Assembly: GCF_004010195.1 (NCBI RefSeq)
Contig: NC_057734.1
Span: 44,078,221 to 44,127,268 of the forward strand
DNA: 49,048 nucleotides
Reading direction: 5' to 3'
Source: Chiloscyllium plagiosum
Taxonomy: Eukaryota
Position numbers and translations under genes: made by a program
Notes under the pieces: generated by a model
What the model was told of the DNA's origin: nothing
The model's input: the letters and a program-made list of their open reading frames with translations, nothing else
Database searches by the model: none
Shown here: positions 12,908-24,529 of the stretch, piece by piece
How the letters are laid out: every line of letters starts with the position of its first letter
How positions within the stretch are numbered: position 1 is the stretch's first letter

Positions 12908-14528
12908 TGTAATGTTAAAAGTTTAAATGGGAATATCTCTCTGGACATTAATGTAATATTAAAGAGTTAGACTGCAAAGCTGACCATTCTGGAAGTGGGT
13001 GGGGAGCAACATTCTGTCTCACGGATAGCATTCTGGAATGTGGATGACCATCCATTTTAACCAACACTTCATTTAGACAGTCGTCTGCTATTACTCCCTC
13101 TGCTATTGTCGAGTTAAACTACCATTCATTCTCTTCCATCCAGAATTGCTTTCTGGTCATCCTCTGAAACTAGGTGTGGCGAACCTGCATTGTCTTGGGG
13201 AAATCACTAAGTCAGGAAGTCATCTGCATAATGAGTCCCCAGGATTAGGGTATTAGTATTTGCATTATCTCCGAGGATAATCTCAAACTGCCGTTGTATC
13301 TGGGGTAACATGTGACTGCAAGTGACTGGGGGTTGTCTTGAGCGGGATGGGACCATTCGCCACAGCAGATTCGCTGCCGATGATTAGCCCTTTGACCACC
13401 GAGGACGCTTAGCTACCGCCCATTGGTCACTTAAGACGATTCACCACCGCAAATAAGTTTAAAATGTTAGAGAACAAGCATATCTAAACTATATAAAATT
13501 GTCGTTATATTGGTTAAGGTAGTGTTTACGTTGTTTCAGTAACAACTTACTTTCGTTACAGGAGAGTTTTTATTAAGCTTGTTTTTTTTTCCATTTACCC
13601 TCAAGTCTTCAAAATGGAGCAGCAATTATTAGTAAACGTGAAAATAAGAAGTTTTACCACGATGGTTTTATATATGTTTTTGATAAACTGTCCAAGAATG
13701 ATTCAAGTATTAAGTTTTTGCGATGTGAACATTCTTATAGTGTTCTTATTAACGAATGTGTAGCTGATGTCCTTCAGTCAGTCCTAGCATCTTTACCGGG
13801 GACAAGTAGCATGAAGAAAATAATTCAACGAAAAAGGAATGATAGGAGACGCAGACGATAGAATACAAAAAATTGTTCTTGAATACGGTGAAAGAGATTA
13901 TTTGGAATATCTTAGAGGAATAGGGCATAACTATCAAATGAACTAAAATTTCATTGTTTAATATTAATGCGAGATTTTACTGCCATTATAAAGATTTTTA
14001 AAATATTTTCCTTTTTCTGGTTAAAGTCTGTAGCTCATTTTTATATATAAACCAATAAAATGATATTTATTTTACCTTTTTTTAATCAATATGTAGTTGT
14101 ATAAATAAAGGGGAATGAGAAGTATAAAAGAACAGGTGAGAGGGAAACAATCAGTACGTATATACATTTCCGGTGGTGAATAGTCTCCAGAGGTCAAACA
14201 ACCCCAATGGAGAAACGCTGGTGGAGAACTGGCAGTGGCCAATCATCGGCGGCGAATCTGCCACGGCAAATCGTCACCAACCCGTCTTGAGTGGCACGTG
14301 ACTGTGGGGGTGTGGTTAGAGCATCAGTAAGCATTGCCAATTGAGCTATATAAAGAGGATGGGTTTTCTTTGTTCAGGGTCTCTCTTTTGACTTGACTTT
14401 GCATGCCTGCAAAGAGTATCAGAGGGGTCACCCAGCTTGAACAAGCTGGATTAAGCTTTAACTGTTTGCAAAAGTTGGTGTGTGCAAACTACATCTCGTG
14501 TGCGAAACCTCGGGAAAAGCACCTAACT
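12908..14528 (+). repeat. ERV 3' LTR (about 670 bp once the MULE insert is removed)
   Basis: Purine tract AAACGGGAGGAA immediately before TGTAATG at 12908; CCAAT near 14337 and TATATAAA near 14346. The 3' end is approximate because no clean CA terminus is seen. Confidence 0.75.
13344..14283 (+). mobile_element. Non-autonomous FLYWCH-MULE (Mutator/Phantom-like) DNA transposon, 940 bp
   Basis: About 47-bp imperfect TIRs GGG...CCC; 9-bp TSD GTCTTGAGC/GTCTTGAGT. Internal remnant reads ISKRENKKFYHDGFIYVFDK..KFLRCE, LASLPGTSSMKKIIQRKRN and DDRIQKIVLEYGERDYLEYLRGIGHNYQMN-stop (about 13614-13946). Confidence 0.88.
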
Positions 14529-14529
14529 T

Positions 14530-15310
14530 GTCCATGTGTACCATATATTTGATCTATTTCAATGCCCTTATCAACCTCTCAAAGTTACTTTGTTTGATCC
14601 TTTTAAACTCAATGAAGGTTCCCTCCTTAGATTCCTAAAACATTGTCCGTAGGCTTCTGGTCCTAGCTCATATGCACATAAGATAGCTTTTTCCCCTGCA
14701 CACTATATTCCCCAGATACCTCCTTTAATAGTGATGCAAATACCTCACTAGTTCTCACCAGCCATTTCATTTGTTTAGCCATTTTCTCAAATGAAATGAA
14801 AAGCCTTCTACATCCTTTTTATTGAAGTTTGATAACACTTGGACATATTCAAACAGATCCCCACTGCCTTTGACTGCAATAGGGATTGTACTCCATAACT
14901 GTTCTCCATCACTACCCCTACCTTTCACTTCTACCTCTGCCATTTTAAGTTGACTTTGAGTTTTCAATTTCAACTTCCGAAGTTCATAAACTCTCTTCTT
15001 TCTCCCTGTCTTCTGCTAGGGCAATTCGCTCTTACTGCTTTTGTTCTGCTTTCAATCACAATTCAAACTGTTTCATTTCCATTTCATCTTCAAGCTGCTT
15101 AATTTTCAATTGAATTTTAACCATTCCCAGTGATTCTGGTGGCATTTCTGGCAATTGGCATTGCTACAATTACCTCCTGTTACCATGTGGGCAAAAGCAC
15201 CCCCAGCTCCAACTTGTCTGCTAATTCCAGGAGCTTTGTCTTGCTCACGTTCTGTAATACTCCCAAAGTGACTTCTTCCACCCTCAGGTAGTTCTTAGTA
15301 ACTGACAGAG
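14530..15310 (-). mobile_element. Gypsy (Gmr1-like) gag remnant with SCAN-like domain
   Basis: Minus strand has a coiled-coil, FNKKDVEGF and AYELGPEAYGQCFRNL motifs. Confidence 0.75.
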
Positions 15311-15409
15311 CCAACAGGTGGGTGAAAACCATTTTCAGCCCTTGGGGAGTTTTGGGGGAGCTGGGTGGAAAAGAAGTCAGGCTGGGTGACCAGGAAGAAC
15401 GGAGGAGTT

Positions 15410-16175
15410 ATAGAGTCACAGAGTTAGACAGCATGGAAACCGACCTTTTGGCCCAACTTGTCCATGTCAACCAGGAATCCTGAACTGATCTTAAATATTC
15501 CCCCTCTCACTTTAAACCAATGCCCCTCTAGTCTTGCACTCCCCTATCTTTGGGGAAAAAACCTTGGCTATTCGCCTTACCTATCCCCTTCATGATTTTA
15601 TAAACCTTTGTAAGTTCATCCCTCAGTTTCCAATGCTCTAATGAATAAAGTCCTGGCCTATCCAACCTTTCCTCTGGCAACATCCTTGTAATTTTTTTCT
15701 GTACCCTTTCTAGTTTAACGACTATAGTAGGACAACTGGAATTATGCATAGTATTCTAAAAGTGGCACCACCAATGTATTGCACAGCCACAACATGACAT
15801 CACAACTACTATACTCCATGCTCTGACCAATGAAGGCAAGTGCACCAAATGCCTTCTTCACCACCCTGTTTACCTGTGATGCCTTTCAAGGAATGATGTA
15901 CCTGTGTTCCTGTGCTCCTCTGTTCAATAACACACCCCAGGGTGCTACCATTAACTGCATAATTCCTGCCCTTGTTTGTCTTACCAAAATGCAACACCTC
16001 ACATTTATCTAAATTAAACTTGATCTGCCACTTCTCAGCCCATCTGATCAAGATCTCGTTGTATTCGTAGATAACCTTCTTCACTGTCCTCTATAGCACC
16101 AATTTTGGTGTCATCTGCAACTTAATAACGGTACATCCTATATTCTCATCCAATTCGCTGATATGAATGTTGAAC
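15410..16175 (-). mobile_element. CR1 LINE 3' fragment
   Basis: WAEKWQIKFNLDKCEVLHFG and LERVQKKITRMLP motifs. Confidence 0.88.
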
Positions 16176-16366
16176 AGGATGTCTGTGATGGATTCTGTAT
16201 AAAACGTGTCTCAAGGCTTCAGCAATCTGTCCCTCACTGACACATTCATTCATGCCAATCCATGCCACCTATTGACCTATACCTATATGCTATGTTGTCT
16301 TATACACTGTATTCCTATGCCACCCTTTAACCACCACCCCCAAAGGTACCCAAACATCCCAAAGAT

Positions 16367-16856
16367 GCTGTGGTTCTGTTTGCCAAGCTGGAAGTTTTTG
16401 TTGCAAACGTTTCGTCCCCTGTCTAGGTGACATCCTCAGTGCTTGGGAGCCTCCTGTGAAGCGCTTCTGTGGTGTTTCCTCCGGCATTTCACGCAGACGA
16501 CAAGCAACATGAATTTGACTGGGACAACACTACCATTATAGGGCAAGCCAAACAAAGAACAGCCAGGGAATTCCTAGAAGCATGGCACTCATCCACAAAC
16601 TCCATCAACAAACACATCGACCTGGACCCAATATACCGGCCACTACAACGGACAGCTGAAACTGACAACCGGAAGCGGCAGGAACAGACCACTATAAATG
16701 CCGGAGGAAACACCACAGAAGCGCTTCACAGGAGGCTCCCAAGCACTGAGGATGGTACCTAGACAGGGGACGAAACGTTTGCAACAAAAACTTCCAGCTC
16801 GGCGAACAGAACCACAGCAACGAGCACCCGAGCTACAAATCTTCTCACAAACTTTG
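16367..16856 (+). mobile_element. Truncated Penelope-like element with inverted terminal repeat
   Basis: GIY-YIG C-terminal-like HEFDWDNTTIIG..REFLEAWHS..INKHIDLDPIY; 123-bp inverted repeats at 16367-16489 and 16696-16818; 14-bp TSD AACATCCCAAAGAT. Confidence 0.88.
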
Positions 16857-18089
16857 AACATCCCAAAGATCTCCCAGGATCATATTCATAGATATACCCT
16901 ACTAACGAAAGGATTTACTTTGTATTTGATTTTGCCAAGTTCAGATGTGCATTTAGCAAGTCTAATATATGTACGTTAAGTTCTACACTATGGGGATGCC
17001 AAACCGTTACTTCAATGAAGGCAGGTGTTGATGGCCAATTGTCTCCATGAAACAAGCCTGGAACGCAGCCTGATTTACTCTCATATCTACATGTTTAGAG
17101 GCAACACAGGATAGCACGCTAGGAGCAGGACTTGCAATTTCAGGGCACTTTCCATAATGTTAGCCATGATGGAGAGTTCCAACGTAGTGAAATCTGGCCA
17201 TGATCTTACATATTAAAACCAATAAAAGAATTAAAAGCTTAAATTGACAGTTCAATCAGTTATATACCCTGTACACGGAAAAGACCAGATGACATTTATG
17301 AATTTAGAAAATGCTGAATGTACAACTGAGGACATTTTGAAGATGAATAAAACATTAAAGAAAGTAAGTTCTAACATTTGGTGACCTGAAAAACATGATA
17401 TTAGTCCTTTTTTGATGATGCCTCCACTGCCAATTTTAGGCCTGGGCATTTTAGGACAGCTGGGTTGTTCTATTTTGATGGTGAAAATTTAAAATGTTGT
17501 TTCTTGAACCAGCAAATTTAAAAGAGTGGTTAAAAGTACCTCAGATGCAAAAACATAAATAGAAGCAATAGATGTAGGTTTTTGATGATTGAGCATTTTG
17601 AGTTCAGTCCAATATAAGGGAATTCTGAGAAGAATTAGCCCAATGATTTCTGCAAGGATGCCCAGTTGACAAAGAATATAAACAAACAACATTTTACAGA
17701 TTGACTTTGCTAGTACAAGAGGAGCAGGTGGACTGATGCAGTCAACAATTCTTGGGCAGCTTTCTAAAAATAAATGTTCCCTCAAAATATTTGCTCATGT
17801 CCTGGAAGAGTGTTGTCTTATATGATGGTGGATCATATGAAATATACAAAATGATGCCTTGATGTATATTTTAATTAAGTACCTCAAGTACTTATGAAGA
17901 GAAATTGAGGGGCACTGGTAATCGGTAGTGTTCAAATGTTTGCAATGTTGCACTCTGTAAATAAACTTGTCATGAAGAAATTGATTGGTTTCTCGTTCCA
18001 TCCTTCACCACCTGACATGAGGTTAAGTTAACAACATCACGTTTACAGGAGGAAAATTTAGGAGGCTAGCCAAGAGTCCACTGGAATAG

Positions 18090-18900
18090 TTATGCTGAGA
18101 TACAATAAATGCACAGCATCTGATGAGCTAAGGTGAACATTAAGTCAGGTGATGTTAAACAAATAGGTGGTCTTGATGACATTATGGATACATGATTAGG
18201 GGTGTTTCTGGTGTCAAATATGAAACCAACACTGCAAAATGTTTAGTTCCCTTCAGACATTTAACAGGAAGATGGTTTTAGATGGGGACCAAATTGGGGA
18301 CCAATAACTTCAATCTTTCTCAGTAGTTAATTCTGCAAGAAAGTTCAGTTCTTTCAGTGATAGATATCAGAGAGGTTAATAATAGTGAATGGGTTGACAG
18401 AGGTTGTGTAGCTGCTGAACTGATGGTTCTCAATGCATTTATGAAAGCTGGATAATGTTGATGATGGACAGCATCAGAAGTAAAATGAGCCCCGGTATAG
18501 AATGGTGGGTGATGCCACGTGTAATGTTGGAAAAGCAGTAAGTGAAGGCATTGCAAATGATTCTCAGAGCTATGATCTGATAATTAACAATGAAACTGGC
18601 AAATATAGCCACACAGAGCTGGATGATTGGAGTGACACTGGAGGAGGTCAATAATATAAAAGGCTGGAGATCAATCATAAAGGATTGAATAGGATTGCTA
18701 GTTTTAGTTTTTACCACACTCAACTCAGATGCTATTTAGAATATGATAAAAACTATTTTGATATTTAACAGGCCAGAAACCTGATTGAAGAGATTCAAAA
18801 ATGGAGTTTCTCGGGAATATACATGTATAGTTAGAGATTAAAGCACATTCAAAGGTTTTGGGAAAGAAAGGATAGTTGAACATGAAGCAAAAATGTGCAA
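18090..18900 (-). mobile_element. Old L2/CR1-clade LINE RT fragment
   Basis: Minus-strand ISNY..FESLQSGF motif in ORF 18725-19015; highly degenerate. Confidence 0.5.
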
Positions 18901-19119
18901 AGATGTGGGTGTCTGGATATTTGAAGAGTAAGGATATGGGCATATTTCCTGCCGTATCTTGTAGCAAAGTGCATTCATTCATCCGTTCACATGGGGAGGA
19001 CTTTGCAGTTTTCATTCAAGGCAACTATTGATCCTGCATTTGCTGACAATTACTGAGAATTGCAATTTGCAGTTGAGCTGAATTTAGTTTAAACGTTTAT
19101 TCGATTTATTTTCAAGCTC

Positions 19120-19700
19120 GGTTGGATCAATTATCGCAATTGTACAAGGTACTGATGAGACACCATCTAGAGTACTGCACAGGGTTGCTTGAGGAAGGAT
19201 GTAATTGCATTGGAGGAAGTTCAAAGAAGGTCCACTCGATTAATCCAGAGATGAAAGGCTTGTCTTGCGAGGAGAGGCTGAGCGGTTTAGGCCTATACTG
19301 CTCAGTTTTGATAAGAATGCGAGGAGATCAAATGAAGGTATGTGAAATATTAAAAGGATTGACAAATTAAATGTTTCACCCTGTGAGACAATTTAGGAGA
19401 GCTCGCAGTTTTAGGCTAAAGGGGAGTAGATTTAAAATAGTAATGAGAAGGAATTGCTTCTCTCAAAGGGTCATGAATCTGTGGAATCCAACAGACCAGT
19501 ATACGGCGGATGCGGGGCATTGAGTAAGTTTAAGAAAGAGACAGATGGGGAAATGTTTGACGAGTAAGGGGTTTGAAGGGTTATGGGGAGCGCCCAGGAG
19601 TGGGGAGTTGAGGCGGAAGTGAGATCAGCCACGATCGGATTAAATGACGAAGAAGGCCTTGGGATTGAATTGCCTACTCCTGCTCCTAGCCCTTATGTAA
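19120..19700 (+). mobile_element. CR1 LINE 3' fragment with tail
   Basis: LYKVLMRHHLEYC, EERLSGLGLY; tail GAATTGCCTACTCCTGCTCCT. Confidence 0.85.
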
Positions 19701-19879
19701 TTCTATGAGAGTAGCATAAAGCGGCTCTTGTGGTGCAGGGGTAGTATGCCTGTCGGGACCAGGAGACCTGGAATCAAATCCCAAGTGCTCCAAGGATCTG
19801 TAATAGCATCTCCGCAACAGGCTGATATAGATTTCGTTTTAAATGACAATAACCCAGGGCTACATGTGAACAGCAAGGA

Positions 19880-20131
19880 GGTGGGAGGAAACTGCATCAA
19901 AGCCTTCAGTAGCTGTTTCCGCACGCTCAAGTTGCCGGAGCTGTTTGTGGTGAGCGACCACTTGTCTGAGAAGACTGAGCTGCCGAGCTTTGTCAGCCAC
20001 ACGCGGCTGCTTCCCTGCAGACTCCCCACGCCCCACATCCGCGCCTTAGCCCCTGTCCAGGTAAACACGGAGCGAGTGCCTCAACCTTTGCTAGCCTTCA
20101 CACCGACCTCCTCCAGAGCCGCCTCGTTAAC
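19880..20131 (+). promoter_or_regulatory. Putative TATA-less promoter / 5' UTR of the IgSF receptor
   Basis: GC-richer unique sequence directly upstream of ATG 20132, with ETS-like GAGGAAA (19885) and RUNX-like TGTGGT (19946) and GACCAC (19956). Motif match only. Confidence 0.35.
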
Positions 20132-20552
20132 ATGAACCTCCTGGTGTTGATATGGATACCGATGTCCACTTTCTGCCCAGACTGGAGCCTGGGGGCTGCC
20201 GAAGGGATTCGGGTTGAGCAGACTCCAGGAACTCTCCTGGTGACTGAAGGAGCGACAGCGAATCTGACCTGTCAATATGCAGCTGACGGAATTCAGGACT
20301 ATGCAATCAATTGGCTTCATCGACCCGCGGACCGAAGTAATCAGACCGAAACAATTATTTATATGGACAAGCGCAATGGAAATAAGTCAGTCCGACTGGT
20401 CCATACAATAGACCGAGAACGGAATATTTCCCAATTATTAATAAGCGACCTTCAGATGGGAGACAGCGGCACATATTATTGTGAATTAATGGTTTTGAAT
20501 CCCCCGTCTACCAAAGAGTTGGTAGGGAAAGGAAGCATTTTGACAGTAATGG
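20132..20552 (+). CDS. IgSF inhibitory receptor (CD28/CTLA-4/PD-1-family-like), signal peptide plus VJ-type V domain exon
   Basis: Hydrophobic leader; VEQTP, ANLTC, INW, L-I-DLQMGDSGTYYC, LNPP loop and J-like GKGSILTV; ends at a strong phase-1 donor G|GTAAGT (20553). Confidence 0.92.
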
Positions 20553-21868
20553 GTAAGTCCCAGCATTAGCAACACACCCAGTCACAGCACTGCCTCCAGG
20601 ACAAGTGTTTATTTGAGCTGTGGATGTTAAAACAGAGTGCGAAGCCCCAGGATTGCTGCGACTCTTGTTGGGAAGCGTAGGCGGGAGGGAAATTGAGCAA
20701 TTCCCGCTGATAACTGTCACTCGGGCGGAGAGAATTGGATAACTTTTGATCCTTCAGCCCAATCATAAAGCAAGGCCACTTGGGGAAGGAAGAAAATGGG
20801 TGTAAAATGTAGATACTGGTTTCAGTGACTCAATATGCCCGACCTGAGCACAACTTCACTTCAGCACCGCCAGTAACTGGCACCGCGGTGCGGTTAGCGT
20901 GTTAGCGACATTTCCAGCGAGGATTCTTTTCTGGTTATGGTGCAGTTCAATGTTTCCAAGTAAAATTGTAAGTAGTCCAGGAAACCGCTTCCAAAGTCTC
21001 ATTCTGTTCCCCTCGTTAGTATTTCACAACGAGCATCTCCACTTCCCATTTGAAAACATGAGGACCGCAGGGTGTGAATTGCACCCAATACTTGGCGCGT
21101 GTTGGTGAATGCGACATTAACACCTCTGTATGTGTCAGGAAGGTGTTGTGACCTCCAGATTTTCGGTCAGGTGAATATTCAACCCTTCCCGTACAAATAT
21201 ATGGCAGTCAACAAGCGGAAATATAACGAATCCCGAATTTTATTGACTTTACCCGAATGTTAGGTTTTACTGGACTCAGTTTTAAGTTGATGTTCATTGC
21301 TTGTTGCTGCATAGAGTTTCTTTTTAAACTCGGGAAAAGCAAAATCGGTAAAAAGAAACCAACCTTAAACCAAACACCATGAAAATTCCGACTAAATCAT
21401 GCCGCAGAAATCCTGCATAATATCCTCGATTTCCAACCTCGGGGCTAACGGTCTACAGAACACTCATGTTTGTGGGGGGGGGGGGGGGGGGAATGACCGA
21501 ATGTCCAGTCAGGAGGACATTGGGAGATTAACTGTAAATTCTCTGGGATTTTGTCCAGCGGCTGTTTTGGATGTAATTTTAACTTTTTTGTTGTTTTACG
21601 TTTAACTGAGAGAACACGTTTCCCAAAGCATCTCAAGAGGAGAGATGCAGGTGAAATATCAGCGGGTTTCTCTTGTACTCCTGACGCATGCAAATAAAAG
21701 TTATTACTTGAAGGAAACTCATAAAACATAGGTACACTTTTGGGGTCACCTCATAGTCGGAGGGTGCAATGATAATAATGATTTCTTACGTGGTTTTAAT
21801 TATAATAGTTGAATGATGTATTGCTCGGCACAGATTTTCACTTTAGATTCATGTAACTTTCTTTTAAG

Positions 21869-21970
21869 AGCGCGATCAATGCAGAAATCTGTTCCCTTAC
21901 CAGTTGCTGTGTATACCGCTGATTTTATGCGTTATTTTCCTCTCTGTGATTTTCAACAAGAAAGCGAAAC
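21869..21970 (+). CDS. IgSF receptor stalk and transmembrane exon
   Basis: Acceptor CTTTCTTTTAAG, donor GTGAGT, 102 nt, phase 1-1; encodes ERDQCRNLFPYQLLCIPLILCVIFLSVIFNKKAK. Confidence 0.88.
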
Positions 21971-23236
21971 GTGAGTATTACACTTTTATTAGAAATTTTA
22001 GGTGCATAACTCCTACTTTTCTCAAACGTATCAAATATTACCACGATTTAATATACCAATGTCGGAACTTAATACAACGCTGGGATATAACAGATGCTTG
22101 TCCGAAAACGGCGACTCTCTCGTTTCTTTTGTACACAACGTGGGATAGACTCACTAAATAAAACAGTCGAAGTACATTGTTAAAGCTCAGTTTATGTACG
22201 ATAACTAGAACGTATCAGCGTGTGTAATTGTCGGACATGTTGAACGTGAGGTATGTTCTATTTCTGAACAGGCCGACGTTAGCATTAGGTGACACCCAGA
22301 GATATTTGATCATCCGGCAAGGGAAGCTTCTCTCAGCCTGCGTATAGTATTGATCTCTGGGGAAGAAGTTAATGTAACATATGAAGGCCACGTATTCGAC
22401 AAATCTTGAGAAATTTATATTTTCAAACTTCTTATTAGTATCTCAACGAAATCGAAATCTACTCAAGTTTCAATTATCAATTCATTGCCATAGAGTTATA
22501 GGGTTCTACTAGGCAGAAAATGGCCCTTCAGCCCATCGACACTGCCCCGTTAAAAACAAGAATCTAACTATTCCAATCCCATTTTCAGCACTTGGCCTGT
22601 ATCCTGTGTGTTTTGGCCAATTATGACTTTTTTTCCTGCCTACAAAAACGCATCATTATGAATCAGAGGGAACGAGGTGCCCTCATTCGAATGTAACTGT
22701 TACCTATATCCTCAGCAGATGTTCGTCGCTTTTCTAAAAAAAAGAATCCTGTTATCCTCTCCCGGAGTTCTTTGGCTACTGGGCGGTATGCATTGTTCTT
22801 GTGTCCTGACTCATTACAAGCCACCTTACATTAACTTTATTTGTCCCTTGGCTGTTTTCGTCTAGACTTTGATTTGGGGACATTTTCTGAATTAAAATCT
22901 ACTGAGCTCTCCAAACCTACCATTTTGAGACAAGCCAAGTGTTCCCTGCTCTCAGTTTAATACCTAACGGTACAGAGCACCGACTGGCCTCAATAGTACT
23001 ATACACAGGCTGAGAGCAGCTTCCTTTACTGGGTGATTAAATATCTCTGGATGTCACTTTAAGCTAAAGTCAGCCTCTTCAGAGCTAGAACGTATATCAG
23101 GTTCAAACACGTTTTTTTCATTGAGAGTACCTGTTCATTTAGTGAGCTGTTTCCTCGTTTAACGCGTTTGCAATTGTGTTATTGTATCCCTTGGAATTCT
23201 CACCAGTAGCAAATTACTGCTGATGCTGCTATCTGT

Positions 23237-23438
23237 ACTGAAAACGAAAAAATGCTGGAAATCGCAGCAGGTCAGGCAGCATCGGTGGAGACAGAGCAGG
23301 CGAGCGTTTCGAGTCTAGATAATTCTTCACCAGAGCGGGCTGGTGAAGAGTAATCTAGACTCGGAATGTTAGCTTGCTCTCTCTTCACGGATGCTGCTTG
23401 ATCCCCTGCGATTTCCAGCATTTCCTTTTGTTTTCAGT
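23237..23438. repeat. About 200-bp palindrome made of two inverted Penelope-type termini
   Basis: Arms ACTGAAAAC..AATGCTGGAAATCGCAG and CTGCGATTTCCAGCATT..GTTTTCAGT, centre near 23338. Confidence 0.85.
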
Positions 23439-24181
23439 TTAGAATTCTTGCTGTGCCGATAAATTCAGGCCGATTAGTGAGCCACACATTTCCTGTTTTC
23501 GGTTCCAGATTACATTTTGTTGACTTTGATAATTCTAATAGTGGTAATGGTGAGAAATGTCAATTCACCCTCGATTATGTACATCATTGCAGTCCGGCAG
23601 AGTTAGGCTGTTCAACGTGAACCGCATTATAGTGATTTAACTTTGCTATTATTGCTTTGTCTCTGAAGGGCCTTTTTAGCTACAATGTTGTTTACCATAT
23701 TGTCTGGGTAAGCTATTCTATTCAAAGGCTACACAATACTGTCTCTGGTCCAATTAAATTTATACCACTACCGTAAAAATCTGAAAGCCCATTCAATCTT
23801 TTTCTCGTAAATGGTTTATTTAAAATTTTGCATCTTCATGCCTCATAAACTGCATGGAAGCACGTACTACAAAAAGACAAATCTGATATCATTCAATATC
23901 TGGTGTCACGAGCTAATTGTCCCTAGCAGTTAATTTGCAGTTGACATAGGTTGTTACGGTTCAGATCTCAAAGCAAATGTTGCTCAATGTCTTATCTAGA
24001 TTAAAAAGTGCTTCTGCGCTTCCGGTGCTCAAACGATTTCATTATTGATTATATCGACACTGGCACGTTCTCACGGCGCAAGCCGGTACAGACCTAAGCC
24101 GAATAAATGTAACTCAGTCGCAGACTGTGCACAACACGTAAGATTGGCTTGTAACTATTTTCGGTTGTTTTGTCATTCCAG

Positions 24182-24231
24182 AGAAGAAAGGAGTTGAACA
24201 CTGCTCTCCACCTACCGGGACTGTCCCAGAG
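24182..24231 (+). CDS. IgSF receptor cytoplasmic exon 1
   Basis: Acceptor TTTTGTCATTCCAG, donor GAG|GTACTG, phase 1-0; encodes QKKGVEHCSPPTGTVPE. Confidence 0.7.
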
Positions 24232-24428
24232 GTACTGCACCTGTCATGGAGTTGTGTTTAACACAGTGGGATTATACCCCACACATTGTACATGTTAGGA
24301 TTTAGTCTGATGAACAAGTGACTTAAATCTACGCATGAGAACGTCTTTAAGATTTTTGATTTGAAATTTAACACATTTATGTGTCAAAATTGTCTTTAGT
24401 ATCAACTTCCCATATCTTTTGATTGAAG

Positions 24429-24461
24429 AATTATCACCGAGGAACATTGCAAAGGACCAAG
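24429..24461 (+). CDS. Possible 33-nt cytoplasmic micro-exon
   Basis: Phase 0-0, encodes NYHRGTLQRTK; weak splice sites (TTGAAG, AAG|GTGCTG); frame is preserved with or without it. Confidence 0.4.
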
Positions 24462-24529
24462 GTGCTGAAGAATGCGAGAATGTGAACAGTTTTAATTCCC
24501 TTATCTAAAAAAATCTTTCATAGACAGCA

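Larger units (their letters stand above)
7046..14528 (+). mobile_element. Decayed endogenous retrovirus (class I, epsilon-like), 5'-truncated
   Basis: Colinear gag knuckle, protease, RT, RNase H, integrase, env TM, polypurine tract and LTR; many stops and frameshifts. Confidence 0.92.

Noticed and set aside
9877-14283. Composite (Pack-MULE-like) transposon carrying ERV integrase and env between two inverted MULE right ends
   Set aside because: The outer flanks (CTCTTTGTA versus GTCTTGAGT) do not form a TSD, whereas 13344-14283 has its own TSD.
20132-20569. Rearranging TCR/Ig V segment, or NKp30
   Set aside because: The J-like motif is germline-joined, with no recombination signal and no C domain; the TM lacks a charged residue and the tail is inhibitory.
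21611-21650. Extra stalk exon
   Set aside because: Weak GAG acceptors, and the phases (ending 2 or 0) are incompatible with the phase-1 TM exon.
23669-23707. Exon-like segment ending in GTAAGC
   Set aside because: Introduces an in-frame TAG when joined after the TM exon.
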